In this document: positions 32,966-34,081 of the stretch, one piece after another
Layout: each line of letters opens with the position of its first letter
How positions within the stretch are numbered: the stretch's first letter is position 1
DNA from: a virus
DNA: 34,081 nt
Reading direction: 5' to 3' (one strand)
Virus record (IMG/VR): IMGVR_UViG_3300045988_110848
Coordinates: 1 to 34,081 of that record
Program-made: the position numbers and the translations under genes
Notes under the pieces: model-generated
The model's database searches: none
Told to the model about the DNA's origin: nothing
The model's input: only the letters and a program-made list of their open reading frames with translations

Positions 32966-33474
32966 TGAGTATACGAAGTCAATGGAGTGAGTTTGATAAA
33001 GAAACAAGAAAATATATCAAAAAAAGAGATAATAACAGATGTATCTTTTGTGGAAATAATGGAGCATTACAAATAGCACATATATTCTTATCAAGGGCAA
33101 AAGGTGGAAAAGGCTGCAAAGAAAATGGTGTTATGTTATGTATTAAATGTCATCAAGCATTAGATAATGGCAAAGATGCTTCATTAAGATTTGAAATACA
33201 TACCTATTGTGCCGAATATTTAGTAAAAAAAGAAAGCATATTGAGTATTACTGAATTAATGAAAACACTTAAATATGACAAAAAAAACAACCTTAGAGAA
33301 AGAATTATAATATCAGAAGAGAAAAAAGAAATAAAAGATAGATGTAAAAATTGCAGATTATTAGAAAAAAGACAAATAAAAGGTAATTCAATACCTACAT
33401 ATTATTGCAGATATAGAAAAATAAGAATAACAAAAAATACAGAGGCTTGTAAAGATTTTAGGAGGATAAAATGA
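32965..33474 (+). CDS. HNH endonuclease with cysteine clusters
   Basis: CIFCG...LQIAHI...NGVMLCIKCHQALD. Confidence 0.8.
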   Translation: MSIRSQWSEFDKETRKYIKKRDNNRCIFCGNNGALQIAHIFLSRAKGGKGCKENGVMLCIKCHQALDNGKDASLRFEIHTYCAEYLVKKESILSITELMKTLKYDKKNNLRERIIISEEKKEIKDRCKNCRLLEKRQIKGNSIPTYYCRYRKIRITKNTEACKDFRRIK

Positions 33475-33674
33475 AACCAGAAAAAATAAGTAAATTCCAA
33501 ATGTGGAAATTAAAAAAAGAATTCCCTACAAGTAAAACTGAAAGAGAACAATTAAGAATATTAAAAAAAGAGAAACAAGAAGATATAAAAGCATATTTAA
33601 TTATAATTAATTTGTTATTATTAATAGCAATATTAAGTTATGTATTATATTTGATGTGGACTTATAAGTGGTAA
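33471..33674 (+). CDS. Small membrane protein
   Basis: C-terminal TM segment YLIIINLLLLIAILSYVLYLMW. Confidence 0.5.
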   Translation: MKPEKISKFQMWKLKKEFPTSKTEREQLRILKKEKQEDIKAYLIIINLLLLIAILSYVLYLMWTYKW

Positions 33675-33684
33675 GGAGGGCTAA

Positions 33685-33780
33685 ATGATATTATATATAC
33701 CATTAATATTCTGGGGGTTAATTGGTATAGGTGCAATTATTGGATTAATTATGATGATAAAGGAGTGGAAAGATGAATAA
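33685..33780 (+). CDS. 31-aa hydrophobic peptide (below the track cutoff)
   Basis: AAGGAGGG SD. LIFWGLIGIGAIIGLIMMI. Overlaps ATG 33773. Confidence 0.4.
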   Translation: MILYIPLIFWGLIGIGAIIGLIMMIKEWKDE

Positions 33781-34081
33781 AATCGATTTAAATACAATTA
33801 CTTTTGAACAAATAGTAAAAATATTAGGAATATTTAACAAAATGTTAGAAAGTGGTATTTTGCAAGTAGATTTAGAAAAATCAACAGCATATTTCAATAT
33901 AGATGATTGTTTAACATATTTAGAGCAACAAATTAAGAGATTAAAACAAGAAAACGAGAAATTAAAAGAAACAATAGATAAAGTAAATGTATTTCTTAAT
34001 AATCATGATAAAAATGCAGGTAAATTATATTATAAATATAATAATAAATACCTATTAAGTGAAATTAAAGAAGATATCAGA
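33773..34081 (+). CDS. Hypothetical coiled-coil protein; the ORF runs off the window end and continues at nt 48-71
   Basis: ATG 33773. 103 codons stay open to the last base. After the overlap the frame continues K-I-L-K-E-V-E-stop (TAA 69-71). Confidence 0.6.
   Translation, partial: MNKIDLNTITFEQIVKILGIFNKMLESGILQVDLEKSTAYFNIDDCLTYLEQQIKRLKQENEKLKETIDKVNVFLNNHDKNAGKLYYKYNNKYLLSEIKEDIR
34035..34081. repeat. Second copy of the 47-nt terminal overlap
   Basis: Identical to nt 1-47. Confidence 0.95.

Noticed and set aside
1-34081. A search by eye for CRISPR arrays, tRNA/tmRNA genes, reverse transcriptase/DGR elements, integrase and transposase
   Set aside because: I saw no regularly spaced direct repeats with unique spacers, no cloverleaf-like GC-rich segments of 70-90 nt, and no RT (YxDD), tyrosine/serine recombinase or DDE motifs in any track ORF. 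Their absence cannot be proven without tools.

Overview
The window is one complete phage genome. Nt 1-47 are identical to nt 34035-34081, so the unique length is about 34,034 bp, and one ORF (33773->71) reads across the junction. It is very AT-rich and looks like a siphovirus of a low-GC Firmicute (Clostridium-like). All credible genes are on the + strand, and no integrase or repressor module, tRNA or CRISPR array was seen. Layout: an early/replication region runs 25.5-34 kb and wraps to about 2.8 kb. It is driven by three near-perfect TTGACA-17-TATAAT promoters. It encodes an orphan SPPY DNA methyltransferase, an AbrB-like and an RHH protein, a DnaD-like replisome organizer with internal iterons, a G39P-like helicase loader, an Erf recombinase, a PD-(D/E)XK nuclease and an HNH enzyme, and it ends with a phage sigma factor. 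The late region (2.8-25.4 kb) encodes a tail-chaperone-like pair, a terS-like gene, terL, portal, Mu-F/gp7-like head protein, scaffold, capsid with an Ig-like tail, connectors, major tail protein, tape measure, Dit-like protein, two paralogous fibres, holin and an amidase endolysin. Most notable findings: (1) an ORF-free, hairpin-dense island of about 690 nt (5219-5906) that splits the packaging module. It is a candidate large structured RNA and/or an elaborate pac/cos region. (2) A 'fractured' terminase large subunit: TerL N-extein plus N-intein, then stop, then a free-standing HNH gene with its own consensus promoter and SD, then C-intein plus a 17-aa C-extein in a third frame. This implies a naturally split, trans-splicing intein. 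(3) A consensus promoter followed about 70 nt later by a strong intrinsic terminator, just upstream of the head genes. (4) Five HNH-type endonuclease genes, a reused 18-nt promoter cassette, a G9 tract ahead of the fibre genes, an in-frame TGA in a conserved small gene, and a displaced tail-assembly-chaperone-like pair that needs a frame change. All functional calls come from motif recognition by eye; no searches were run.
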